Positions 16,064 to 41,979 of a DNA stretch of 64,000 nt are shown here, one piece after another (the stretch's first letter is position 1; every line of letters begins with the position of its first letter). The notes beneath the pieces were generated by a model. It saw nothing but the letters and a program-made list of their open reading frames with translations. It had not been told where the DNA came from and searched no databases. Made by a program: the position numbers and the translations under genes. The DNA is taken from assembly GCF_009914755.1 (NCBI RefSeq), contig NC_060927.1; one strand, written 5' to 3'. The DNA comes from the human T2T-CHM13v2.0 reference genome, Homo sapiens.

Positions 16064-16639
16064 CCGCTCCGCAGTTCCCTCCTCTCCTGGTAGACATGCA
16101 GCAGCAGCAGCAGCAGCAGCACAAGCTATTTCCATCATAGCAGAGCCGGTAGGTGCATCAGTTGTGGATGAAGACCTGGGTCGGCCTGACTGCATAACAG
16201 CTGTCATCTCCTGACCAGACTTCCTGTTGATTTGGGGACTTCCCTTTGGGGCCTCTGGCTTGCCCCGCCTACTATGCAAGCTTGTCCCTCTCTTCATCTT
16301 GGGTGGCACTCGAATCTGCTGCAGGACACGATTCAGAGCTGTGGGGTGGGTGGGGACACCATCAATCTCAGCACATGCGTTCTGGCTTTCCAGATCCATT
16401 TCAGGTTCTGGATCTGCCTGAATTTGCTGCACATCATGTGGAGACACTGATGACCTCCTGCGCTGGTGCTGGAAGAGATGCTTCAAGCCTTGGCCAATCA
16501 CGTTAATGTTCTCCAAAGCATTGTGGGTCATTTTAGACAATTTTTGTTCTGATTCTGTCTGCTTTCTGGCCTCTGCATCTTGGGATTTGCCTCCAGGATC
16601 AGGGTCCTCAAATAACTGTTCACTGCCCGAAGGCTCCAT
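16064..16639 (-). CDS. TMCC1: First coding exon portion of TMCC1, codons 1-192; the CDS continues beyond the low-coordinate end of the window
   Basis: The translation MEPSGSEQLFEDPDPGGKSQDAEARKQTESEQKLSKMTHNALENINVIGQGLKHLFQHQRRRSSVSP...IACAAAAAAAACLPGEEGTAER matches my memory of the TMCC1 N-terminus. ATG is at 16639-16637. The exon ends in a phase-0 consensus donor CGG|GTAAGT (GT at 16063-16062). Confidence 0.95.
16098..16121. repeat. (GCA)8 trinucleotide repeat overlapping the poly-Ala8 codons of TMCC1
   Basis: Reads (GCT)7GCA on the coding strand, codons 174-181. Confidence 0.95.
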
Positions 16640-16769
16640 CAGTAGACTTAATATGCTTATTTGCAAACTCAAAAAAATTTTTTAAACACACCAAGAGTGT
16701 CAAATTAGGTAGGCATTTGCTTCAACAGTGACTACGCATGCAGCTGTGAGACGAAGGCTTCATGCCTAT
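16640..16769 (-). other. TMCC1: 5'UTR part (130 nt) of the 706-nt TMCC1 start-codon exon
   Basis: Minus-strand acceptor ttttgtttttaacattAG|ATAGGC (AG at 16771-16770), preceded by a long T-rich tract (16778-16809). Confidence 0.85.
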
Positions 16770-19189
16770 CTAATGTTAAAAACAAAAAAACAAAAAAACA
16801 AAAAAAAAACCTTATATTATAAATCCATGCAGAAACTCCAGTGTTAAAACAAAGAAAAACATGCTACTGGCCAAACAAATAGGCACTATCATTAAGCAAT
16901 CTTTAATCAGAAGATTAAAAGACAGTTTTCTAGATAGTGGGTAATGATTATTTTTTAGAATGAGAGAAAAAGCCCAGAACAAGTCCATAGGAAATTAAAA
17001 CAGCAATGTTCAAAAGCAAAAATCCCTACAAGATTCAATATATACAGAATTAGATATTAGAGGAGCCATCTTGGAATGGACACTATAATGGTAGTTGACA
17101 GAACAGCCATTGCTTGGGAAATCAAGAGAAGAGACCATCCAATAGGTTTACTCTAGCTGAGGCAATTTAATCCCTCTCATTCATAACCACAGTTAATTAT
17201 TCACAGGCTGAAACTCAGTATAATCAAAGAACAACAGTGAGAAATGGATATCCCAATCTAACTATATGTGGATTTTAATGGAAAAGTGTGTTACCATTCA
17301 TATTCATCAAGTTCACTGGTAACTAGAGATGACAGGTTTGCTCTTTTGAGAAGAGAATGGAAATAAAAATCCTGTAAGTTGAATTCTCTGCTGAAGCACA
17401 AATGACCTTTCTGGCACCATATGAGTGAATGGTTCAGACAGAATCAGAATCAGAGACTAGAGCTTTGCTCAGTACCAGCTATCAAGAAAGGAGATTCAAA
17501 GAAATCCCTTTCTCTATAGTGTCATCCCTGACAGAAGCTTCCCATATATCCATACAAACTCAAAAGCAAAGTAACTGGGTAGGATAGAAAAGTAGAGAAA
17601 AAGAAAGGTCAAACAGCAAACATATACCAGTATTAAATGCAAGAAATTAAAAGGAAGCTGAAACTAAGAGATGTAAAATCAACGCAACTGCCATGGTTAC
17701 TAAAATCACATGCAAAAAAAAAAAAAAAAAAAGGGAGGGGGGGATGGGAGATGATGAGATTTTTCCTAATAGAAAGTGTTTATTTTTGTACTGTATTTGT
17801 GCAAATATATAAGACAAAATTATATACATGCACAGAAGCTGCTACAGAATGCAAAATATGATGTAGGAGGTTATTTCCATATTTTTCTTTAAATTTTTGT
17901 TTAAAGGACTTTAAAACTCCCTACACTACCAAGTACTTCAACAATTTAAGCCACTACCAATGAAGCACCATGGTGCTCCTGTTCTGGGAATATGTGGACT
18001 TGCTGCCACCAAGTGGCAATCTAGAAAGCCATAAATTAGCTGAATAAAAGAGTTCCCTGTGAACTCAAGGCTACTAGAGTTTAGTGGAACAGGAATGCAA
18101 ACTCACTAAAGTTTTGTTCCTGATGACTACTCTCAGAAGACTTTTTTCAAATATTTTATGGGCACTGTCATTGTGGCTCCACTGTCCATATTCTTTCATG
18201 CCTGTGATTCCATTACCTAATCTCTTCATAACAGAGGAGCATAAACAGGGAGACAGGGATAAAGACATTTGTCTCTCTCTAGTACCTTCCTACTTTCTAA
18301 ATGCCACAAAATTGTTTGTTCCTAAATTAGGCAAATGAATAACAACCATGAGAATGGAAGTTTCATTGCCTTTCACCCAAATTCTTTGTGGCTCCACTGA
18401 AATCTAGCCATCCCACTATGGCCTGTTACCCTTTTCCTGATTGTGCATTGGTTTTGTTCATATCTTTCCCTTTGGGAGAACCAAGAAAGAAACCCTTGCC
18501 CTTATTAGATCAATGACTGTCTTGGCCTCTGGTGTGGTTTTCTGGTGCTCCTTGTGGGCAAAAATTTTGCCAATAGTTTATATATTTAATTATCCCCTTC
18601 TAACCAAATATGAAATAAACACATAATACAATGTTACTCTGATTTTTAAAAAAAATAGTAATTATCTCACCATTCCTCATGAGTTTGTCTTGCTGGCTAA
18701 TAGTTACTGAAAGAATTGAGTTTCTCAGAGGAAAAGGGCTAATGTAACCAAAATAATCCCCTATCAGTGTGTATCAACTCATCTCTTCTTGCACTGGGCT
18801 ATTTAGATCCTGAGAAGATGGGAGGGTGTGAAAGCAGCAGAACAGTACTGAAAAAGTAGTTTACTTTTTCCTCTATTTGCACATTATTAGCTAATACAAC
18901 TGATTTTTGTTGTTGTTGTTGGAAGTAAAATGTATAAAATATGTTTATCCCATGAGATTAAAAGACAGCAAGAATAAAGGAATGATGTCAAGGTTAGCTG
19001 AGGATCATTCTACTTGTCTCATATGCAAAGGTACTAGGAATTTATTACTCAGCAAATCTACTTATTTGGGCACTATTATAAACTAATCAACTGGTCATCT
19101 GGTTGCTGCCTATTTAAAAAATAGAGAATGTGGTACATTTTGAATATCAGTAAATTCATTTGAGATTTCACAAGCATTTGTAAAACAAT

Positions 19190-20419
<1,230 letters not shown>

Positions 20420-21032
20420 TAACTAATTTTAGATCCCTGGTTTAACACAAACGAGTTTAACTGCATAAGCCTATCAAATGCTTTTTGGTAAGAAGGAAAT
20501 GCTGGCTACTCTTTTATTCACTCAGCTTCTCTGAAAAGTAAAGTTATTATAAGTAAACCAGAGGGAGAAAGAGAAAAAGGAGCAAAAGGACACAGGAAAA
20601 AGGGGAGAGGTCGAAGGAGTGAAAGGGGAGAGGTAGAAGGAGCAAAAGGTGAGGAAGGGGGACAAAAAACGCAGCCACCTACCAGTCAGGCATTTCAAAT
20701 AATTTGGTAAGTTCTCAGAATTTTCAACAATTAACTTTTCTAGCACAATTTTACTGAAGACCTAATATGCCATTAGCTCACACTCAGAAAACAAGTTGTT
20801 CTAAATTAGTATCAGAAATAAGTGAAAAAATTATGTTTTTAAAATCTATCAACCATTTAGGAGGGTATTCCACAAAATCACAGCAAATTATATACAAATT
20901 GCTTTGTCTTTTTTTCCCTTAAGTTTTTCTTTCCAATTTTTTAGTTTTTTGATAAATATGGTGACCAAAGCTTTTTTGGTTTGGACATGAACCAAGTTAA
21001 ATTTCACTGACTACAAAGAGTTGGATACTTGC

Positions 21033-21085
21033 CTTCATCACTCTTCCTTAAGCACTTCTAAGGTGTACAATCCTTTTAGGAAAAG
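21033..21085 (-). other. TMCC1: 53-nt non-coding 5'UTR exon with a GC donor
   Basis: Acceptor atttgcttttcAG|CTTTTC (AG at 21087-21086) and donor GAAG|GCAAGT (GC at 21032-21031). Size and spacing agree with my recollection of TMCC1 structure. Confidence 0.75.
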
Positions 21086-21555
21086 CTGAAAAGCAAATAT
21101 TAAGAATTACAAGGTGAGAAACTTAGATGGGGAAACTTACCTTTTACAGATATGCAGAAAACGACTGAAAGTATATCCAACAAAATGTTAATAGCCCTCA
21201 TCTCTCACTGGTAGAAGTAGGGTTTGTTTTTTTCTAGTACTTTTCAGTATTTTCTAATTTTTTAAAGTATAATCAAGAATAATTATAATCAAGAAAGAAA
21301 GTATTCTGGAAAAAATATTAACTTAGCACTTGAAAAAGATAAAGTGGCAAATATTTTAAGAAGCAATAAATATTTTAACATTATCATACTGAATAAGGAA
21401 TGGATATTCCATTAATTCTAATCTTAAAGTAACATGAAATATAAAACAGGTACATGAAAACACCACAATTTTATAAGTAAAATTTTTTTTCAAGTAGTTT
21501 CCTAATCTGTATCTGCCATTCTCTATTCAAAGGCAATTCTAAAAATCCTATCTTA

Positions 21556-22000
21556 GGCCAGGCATGATGGCTCATGCCTGTAATCCCAGCACTCCGAGGC
21601 AGGAAGATCATCTGAGCCCAGGAATTTGAGATCAGCCTGGGCAACAGTGACACCCCATCTCTAAAACAATTTTTAAAGATTAGCCAGGCATGGTAGTGCA
21701 CACCTGTAGTCCCAGCTACTTGGGAGATTGAGGCAAGAGGATGTCTTGAGCCCCGGAGCTGGAGATTACAGCGAGCTATGGCTGCACCACTGCCCTCTAG
21801 CCTGGGAGCAAAAGCGAGACCCTGTCTCAATTTTAAAACAACAACAACAAGAAGAACAAAACATATCTTGGCAATGTGGAGTGACTCACACCTGTAATCC
21901 CAGCACTTTGGGAGGCCAAGGCAAGAAGGCTCATTTGAGGCCAAGAGTTCTAAGACCAGCTTGGGCAACACAGCAAGACCCCATGTCTCTACCAAAAAAA
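21556..22000 (+). mobile_element. AluJ followed by a left-monomer-like Alu
   Basis: Alu consensus with a (CAA)n tail. Confidence 0.88.
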
Positions 22001-24049
22001 AATGTTTTTATTATTTCTATTTATTTTTTGGCTAATCTTCAGTATTCATTAAATTTTTTTAAATTACAAACCAGAGCCACCATGTACAACTGAGAATTGG
22101 AAGCACCAAAATTAAATTTTTCCTGGAAAACTTGCTTCTGATGGGTATTACCAGAGAAGCAATTTAATTAGACAAGTATTTTTGAGACATCTGCCATGTA
22201 CCTAGCATTATACAGACCAAATAAAGCATATGACCCTGCCCTCGAGGAATTAATCTAGGACAGAAAATAAGATGTCCATACATGAAACATACAGAAAACA
22301 GCACAAAACTAAACAAGTGGTGAAGTGTGTAAGAAAGACTGCAATTACCATTAAAAGTCAGGAAGATCAGTTAGAATTGGATTTGTTTGGGAAAGCCTGA
22401 TGAAAAAAGCAGCAGCTTTTACTGAGCTCTGAAGGATGAGACAATGGATAAATAAGCAGAAAGATGTGGGCCAATACCTTCGGCCAGCAGGCAGTAATCA
22501 CAGTATGTTTGGGCATACTGTAAAGAGGTCAGATGGACCATACTGGTGGATACACATTTCTGAATAGGGGAAATAAGATTAAATGGGTAAGGCTGGGAAG
22601 TTAAAGAGGGCTTCAAATGTTAGGTAATTATTGAGTATTTATATTAAATTGCATTAAACTGCACTTAGGTGAACATTATCTCTAATCCTCACAACAACCC
22701 ACAAGACAAGGGGGTTGTTGAAACCAACCAATTTACAGTTGAAAAACCTAAAGGCCAAAACAGGTCTACTGACTAAAATTTTGACTTGATATAACAGAAA
22801 ATAAAGATCCACTATAGGATTTCCAGGATATAAGACATGTTTTAGGCCTAATGATCATGTAAGATGCATGAGAGGAGGGAAAGATGATAATCAGAGAAAT
22901 TAGGTAAGGAACTTATAATTTAGAAAAAGATGACAAGGAAGAGCTGAGCCCATTAGTATGGCTGGGAATGGAATAAAAAAGTTAATGGAAAGGAATGAGC
23001 GCACAAAGTACTGAAGAGTCAACAGGAATTCCTCATACCATTGCGACAGATGCTAAAAAAGCATCTGATAAAATGAGTATTTATAGTTCTCAGCTGGAAA
23101 CGTATTACGAGTACAATCATCCAATTCATCCTCCTGCATCTTATTTCAACAATTAAATGTCATCCATACTTCATTTAGCCCCAAAGAAATTGATTGCCTT
23201 TTAGCAAATCCTATGGGCTCCCTCTAGACGGTTGTGAGAGCTATTTCCTTGCATCCAGCCTTGGTAAGATGTCTCTTATTCCTTTAGACCTGCTTAAATA
23301 TTTCTCTACTCTCTCACCACCCTGGCCGAAGATGTTACAACTATGAAATTTCAGTTTTCCTTTCTTTTGCACCTCATTTATGCCACAATAAAATGGAAAC
23401 GTTTTAACTACCCAAGAAAGCTTCTCCCTCTTTCCTTTGATCCTCTTGAAATCCTTTTTCCTAAGGTCCTTAGTGAAGATCTTATTATGACCACTGTTTC
23501 CTATTCATGGCTGTGTTTTCATGCTGTGAATAAGTTTTTCTTTTCCAAACATAAAAAAAATTCAGTCACGGTTTCTCTCACTCTTTCATATATATATATA
23601 TATATTTTAATGACAGGCTTTTCCCATCTGTTAGCATATGCTTAGTTTTTCCTAATTATCTAGCTGAACCAGCCCCACCTAGCAACCCATCACCAAGGAG
23701 ACAGATACTCTGTTTTAGAATCCAGAAAGAGAGATATATCAAACAACATTTAATTATTAAAGCAATAATAACGTGTGATGAGGTTTCTATAAAGAACAAA
23801 AATACATAATCAAGAGCATATACTTGGGAGTCACAGGGTTCCAAGGTTCTTGTACTGTCCAAGAGTGTAAAAGCGGCAAGCAATCTGCAATATGTTTTTA
23901 AAAAGTGTATTTATTTAAAAAATCCAAAGTGCAGAACCATGTATATATCATGCTACTACTTTTAAAGGAGTGAGTACATACTGCATATGCACAGACTATT
24001 TCATTCTGGAATGGTGGACAGGTAACTGGTAACTAATGTTACTCCAGAG

Positions 24050-32520
<8,471 letters not shown>

Positions 32521-33257
32521 AGTAATGTATAAAAAGCTAAAAAATCGAGAAGGAATAATATTATAGGTGGAAAAACACTGCCATGATTTCAGGAGTGAAT
32601 GGAGTTACAGAAAGAAACATACAAAGTATGGACTAGTCTTCATCTGGCATCCACACAGACAGGGATCTTTTGGGTAAAACTGGGAAAAATAATTAAATGT
32701 TTGAAACCTACAAATCCTAGGTATATGATACATATGCAAGAATAAATTCTAACAATGCCCAACATTCGGTGTTTTTTTTCTTACCTTTGTTTTCAGGAAC
32801 GTACAAATTAAATCCAGAGTTTGCATTGGTAGTTTTTGCCTTGTCTTCCCTGCCTCTCCCATCTTCTCTCACCATTCCTGAACGGTAACCGCAAGAAAGG
32901 TGCTAGGTCATTCTGCCTTGATTCTAACACTATTTCTGCATCTTTTCATCTGAAATCCAAAATCTGGTCTAGGCAGGCAGCTGATGGAGAACTGAATCCT
33001 TTATTTTAGTTTTCTAACTTAACTGCTGGACTAGTAAGAATGAAAACTCTTTACTCTCAAAATACTTCCTTCTTTGATGCTACCTGTGACCCAAAAATTA
33101 GACTCCTTTGTTATTCCAAAGAAATATCCTGTTCCTTTTTGAAAATAAAATTTAAAAGGTGAAAGAGGGAAAGGATGTCTATAAGGGTCAGTATATCTAG
33201 AGGACAATCTGTCTGAAAAGCACATCTAGATTATGAATCCTAGCCTATTAAGAATGT

Positions 33258-35250
<1,993 letters not shown>

Positions 35251-35659
35251 TCATTCATTCATACATACATACATACATACATAATTTTGAAAAAAGAATG
35301 CTGTCTCCTCGGTCATGAAAATTGTTTTATTAAACTTCCTATGTTTACTGTAATCAGATGTAGCCAAAGAAACAGGACCTTACAAAAGTAGGTAACTAAA
35401 AAAAACATGTAGTTACAGTGCCTTGGCTCAAGCAGATGCTGAATAAATGTAATGTGAACCAATGAGCAAGCAAACATGTGACTACGGAATAAGAGTGAGT
35501 TACATTAAAGTCAGAAATATGGTCAAGTTAGAGTGTCCAGTGAAGTGATAATAATTCAGAGATTTGTTTCACAGATTGTATTTTATTTAAGCATACTTAC
35601 TCCCTGACTTTTAAAAACTGTTTAAGTCATATGCTCCTAATAGTGCTTAAAAATCTATT

Positions 35660-36685
35660 GCAAGAAGTTAGTTCTCCAAGTACATACAATGTACTCTTCT
35701 TAAGTTTGGCTTCATTCATTAAACCGAATTATTTTGAGGTCCATCTAGGTTGTTGAGAGTATCAACTGTTCTTTTTATTGCCGAGTAGTATTCCATTGTA
35801 TAAATACACCAAATTTGTTTATCCATACACTTGATGGATATGGGAGCTGTTTACAGTTTTTAGCTATTACCAATAAATAATAGCTGCTGTGAATGTTTGT
35901 GTACAAGTCTTTTTTGTGGATATACAGTTTCATTTCTCTTGAATAATTAGAAATGGAATGGATGAATCGTATGGCATCTTCACATTTACTTTGAAAGAAA
36001 CTGCCCAATTGTCTTCCAAAGTAGTTGATCCATTTCACATTCCTATCGTCAGTGTATGAGAGTTCCAGATGATCCTCCATTCTTGTCACCATGTGACTAA
36101 TCCTATTCATTACAGCCATTCTAGGGAGTATGCAGTGGTATCTCATTATGGTTTAAATTTATATTTCCCTAATGACTTACGACTTTGGGCATCTTTTCAT
36201 GTGCTTATTTGCCATTTATATTCTTTGATGAACTTTATTCAAATTGTTTCCCCCTTTTCTTATGGGGTTGTCTTTCAATTCTTGAGTTACAATTCTTTAT
36301 ATCTTCTAGATACACATCCTCTGTCAGACACACGTTCTGCAAATATTTTCTCCCAGCCCAAGGCGTACTTTTTCATTTTCTTAAAGGTATCTTTCAAAGA
36401 TTAAAAGTTTTTAACTTGGATGAAATCCAATTTAGCGATTTTTTCCCCTTTATACTTCATGCTTTTTGTGTCTTAAGAAATCTTTGCCTACCCCAAGGTC
36501 ACTAAGATTTTCTCCTGTATTTTCTTTCTGACAAAAACTTTCTGGAGTTGCATGGTTTTAGCTCTTCAAGTTAGGCCTATGATTTATTTGAAGGTAGCTT
36601 TTGTGTCTGGTGTGAGGTAAGGGTTGAGGTTCTTTGTGTGCGTATGAATCTCCAATTGTTCTAGGACCATCTGTTGAAAAGAGTG
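35660..36685 (-). mobile_element. Old L1M 3' fragment, same orientation as TMCC1
   Basis: Reverse L1 motifs gagtagtattccattgtat, gtggtatctcattatggttt, ggtgtgaggtaaggg. Confidence 0.82.
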
Positions 36686-37438
36686 AATATACACAGGATA
36701 AAAATAACTCCACTTCCATTCTATTTAACCCCTTCTCCTATAATAAGTCCCCTAGCTTAGATTATATGAGCCATCATTATAAACATTCCCTTGCACACCC
36801 TTAGCTTCCTTGGCCTCCTTTCCTCAAACAACTGGCAAAACCCCAATCCTGCCAATCTAACTCTGATTCCATACCTGAACCCTTATAGTTGAAAGTACAC
36901 TGTGCAGTTGAAAGTACAAGAAAATACACAAATCCGTGCCAACCAATGAAACTTTAAATTCATGTCCACTAACCTCAAATGAGCATTTGATTCTATTCTG
37001 TAATCTGACTATGTTTCTCTAGTCTATTCACTCCCATATTCTCATGAAGGACTATTTCACACTTAACTCTTCAAATCTAATACTCCCTCCCCCACCTTCA
37101 TTCCTCTTATGACCTGACTTCCTACATCATTGAAACATTCTGCTACTATGGCTCGCTCCTCTACTAATTGTTGGTCCTTGAGCAAATTACTTGATTTCCA
37201 AAATGGAGATAAAAATATTGCCCATTCTACAGTCTTATTGTAAAGAATAAATGACACAATATGCACATGGAAAACACTTAATATACAGCCTGGCACAAAA
37301 GAATACTAAGAGCTACTATAACTTTTTCTTACTGCTACTACTACTATTAAACATGTACCACATCATGATCATAAATTTAACAGAGCAAGATTTAATAAGG
37401 ATTAGACTAGTGCATTTATTTGTAAGTATCTCTATATC

Positions 37439-38047
37439 GGCTGGGTGCAGAGGCTCACACCTGTAATCCCAACACTTTGGGAGGCCAAGGTGGGCAGATC
37501 ACCTGAGGTCAGGAGTTCGAGACCAGCCTGGCCAACATGGTGAAACTCCACCTCTACTAAAAATACAAAAAGCTGGGCCTGGTGACTCATGCCTGTAATC
37601 CCAGCTACTTGGGAGGCTGAGGCATGAGAATCGCTTGAACCCAGGAGGCGGATGTTGCAGTGAGCTGAGATTGCATGCCACTGCACTCCAACCTGGGCAA
37701 CAGAGCGAGACTCCATCTCAAAAAAAAAAAAAAGTATCTCGGCCAGGCACGGTGGCTCACGCCTGTAACCCCAGCACTTCGGGAGGCTGAGGAGGGAGGA
37801 TCATGAGGTCAGGAGATCGAGACCATCCTGGCTAACACAGTGAAACCCCCTCTCAACTAAAAAAATACAAAAAATTAGCCGGGGGTGGCGGCGGGCACCT
37901 GTAGTCCCAGCTACTCAGGAGGCTGAGGCAGGAGAATGGCACGAAGCTGGGAGGCAGAGCTTGAAGTGAGCCAAGATCACACCACCGCACTACAGCTTGG
38001 GCAACAGAGCGAGACTCCATCTCAAAAAAAAATAAAAAATAAAAAAA
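37439..38047 (+). mobile_element. Tandem Alus: an AluS, then an AluY-like copy inserted at its tail
   Basis: The second Alu has gagatcgagaccatcctggctaacac and is flanked by aaaaaaagtatctc. Confidence 0.92.
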
Positions 38048-38850
38048 GTATCTCTACATACACACACACATACATATATACACCCATGTATATATATGTA
38101 TGTGTGTGCATCCACTGAAGGGGATTACATTTAATTCAAGATTATATTTCTTTTTTTTTTACTTTTTGTGCATAATTTTTTAAAAACTTTTATTTTAGAT
38201 TCAGGATTACATGAGCAGATTTGTTGTGAATTCTATTTCAATTAACATTTAGATTAGGTATCATTTGAAAACTGTTAGTATTTTACCAACATTCTGCATT
38301 TCTTTCTTAAGATACAAAGTCTGTAGGAGTCTAATTCCTGATAGAAAAAAAAATGTGGAAGGATACTACCACCTCCATCAATTCATGTTCTTCTACTTAT
38401 ACTGTTCAAATATGGAATGTCCTATTCTCCTCTGTCCTTTCAAACAATTCAACTAAACAAATGTTTAAGTGCCTTAAAAAGGCAAGACATTATACTATTT
38501 CAGCTGGGTCAATAAAAATTAGAAAAGAATCTTAGTTTTTTTCTCTATGCTTTCCTGAAACCAGAAGAGAGATTATTTTATACCCAACACACTGATGTTA
38601 ACAGTATCTATTTCTGCCAGACCTAAGACATAGATGTTTAATTTCACATTCTGTCTTCCTATCAGAGTCCCTTCTGTGAAATAACTTGCATCCAAAATAT
38701 TAGAATTTGCTGCTGAGATCAGGCAAAGGCTTAATCTCTGAAAAGCATTCATAGAAGATTAAACCAGTGAATTTACAACCTGTTCAACAGTGGGGCTTCT
38801 CTGAGTTTTTCTCCCCAAGCAAGCTATACAACAGTTTTCCAAACAATAGT

Positions 38851-39365
38851 TGCCGAGACCAGCTCGGTGGGGGAGACCCTAACCCAGTGGAGCTAGAGGA
38901 ATTAAAGACACACACACACAGAAATAGAGAGGTGTGAAGTGGAAAATCAGGGGTCTCACAGCCTTCAGAGCCGAGAGCCCCGAACAGAGATTTAGCCATG
39001 TATTTATTAACAGCAAACCAGTCATTAGCATTGTTTCCACAGATACTAGACTAACTAAAAGTATCCCTTATGGGAAACGAAGGGATGGGCCGAAATAAAG
39101 GGATGGGTTGGGCTAGTTATCTGCAGCAGGAGCATGTCCTTAAGACACAGATCGCTCATGCTATTGTTTGTGGTTTAAGAATGCCTTTAAGCGGTTTTCT
39201 GCCTTGGGTGGGCCAGGTGTTCCTTGCCCTCATTCCAGTAAACCCACAACCTTCCAGCGTGGGCATTATGGCCATCATGAACATGTCACAGTGCTGCAGA
39301 GATTTTGTTTATGGCCAGTTTTGGGGCCAGTTTATGGCCAGATTTTGGGGGGCCTATTCCCAACA
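38851..39365 (-). mobile_element. MER9 solo LTR (HERV-K HML-3 group)
   Basis: The minus strand reads TGTTGGGAATAGGCCCCCAAAATCTGGCCATAAACTGGCCCC...GAGCTGGTCTCGGCA. It is 515 bp with a perfect 6-bp TSD AATAGT (38845-38850, 39366-39371). Confidence 0.9.
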
Positions 39366-39799
39366 AATAGTCATAATGCATTCATTCCCAGGATCACTAC
39401 TCAGAAGCACATAAATAAATCAGTACACAGCCAGAGTCATCCAAACATGTTTTGACAGATCCAGGCCAACCAATTGCAAAGCTTCTGAATATGCACACCC
39501 TACAGGCCTATGTAGCACCAGCCTTTGGCTCCAGTGTATACTCCTTTCCTTCCTGTAGGCTTAGTTCTAGCTTTTGAGGAAAGAAAAATAAAGCTGTCAG
39601 TTGAGTGGATCAAACTTCCAGCAAGATAAAAAGACAAAGACTATCACATAAATCCCTTCAAAAAAAATCTGCTTAGTAAAAAGGCAAGCAACTTAGTTAT
39701 TAAAGACAATGTAACAAAAATTCAGTCTATTTTAATTTTCAAAGATGGAAAAAATAAGAAAATATTCAGATATGCTATCTTAATCAAATTATAAACCAC

Positions 39800-40970
<1,171 letters not shown>

Positions 40971-41979
40971 AACTGAAGAAAAGAGTTTTTTAAAAAATCA
41001 TAAACCGGCTAGCATAAAGAACAATACAGCTCAAGGCCAAACAATGCCTATTTTGTTTATAATTTTTAACTTTCTGTCGATGTTGACTCTATTAAATGAT
41101 GTATTTCTGAGTAGTGAGGTAATTTTGGTCTTAACATTTTATAAAATTCTAGAATAAAAATAGAAGGCTTATGGGAAGAGAGGAGATTGTTGGGTAGGAG
41201 GAGTATATTATTAACCACTCCAAGTGTCAATTAATAATGCATCCTTAATTATTTGCCAACACACAAGAAACATGGGCAAGGAAACAGCATTTCTGGGAAG
41301 CACTACAACTACTGATTCAATCATTCATGAAGTATTTTTCAGTACCTATTCTTTGGTTAAAACTGGGGTATAGTGAGCTATGATTGTGCCACTGCACTCT
41401 AGCCTGGGCAACAGAGCAAGACCTTGTTGCTCAAAAAAGAAAAGAAAAAAAAGAAACACCAAAAAACTGTAGTATACACTGCAGTACATAAACAAATACA
41501 AAAATCTAAAGGATAGGGATAGTACCTGTAAGCATACCCCTATGACAAATCAGTTCCTACATATGTATTTACTTGTATCTTAAGAATAAAATGGCTGGGG
41601 ATGATGGCTCATACCTGTAATTCCAGCCCTTTAGAAGGTAAAGGCAAGAGGATTGCTTGAGCCCAGGAGTTCAAGACCAGCCTACGGAACAGTGAGGCCC
41701 TGCCTCCACAAAAAAATAAACTTAAAAAATTAGCCAGCCATGGTGGCACATACCTGTAGTCCTAGTTACTCAGGAGGCTAAGGCAGGAGGATTGCTTGAG
41801 CCCAGGAGGTCTAGGCTGCAGTGAGCTATGATTGAGCCACTGCATTCCAGCCTGGGCAACAGAGTGAATATGCACACCCCACCTCAAAAAAAAAAAAAAA
41901 ATCAATAAAATAATATCAAACTAAACAAAATAAGAGGATATATCTAAATCTAAGCAATCCATTATCTCCTCTTTTTGGC

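Noticed and set aside
16227-16506. Three short plus-strand ORFs antisense to the coding exon
   Set aside because: These are shadows of a GC-richer coding exon, with no splice or homology support.
16640-16672. N-terminal extension MSLQISILSLL in the ORF track
   Set aside because: It starts at TTG; the recognisable protein begins at the ATG at 16639.
20560-20670. Purine-rich stretch as a triplex (H-DNA) candidate
   Set aside because: It has too many pyrimidine interruptions and no clear mirror symmetry.
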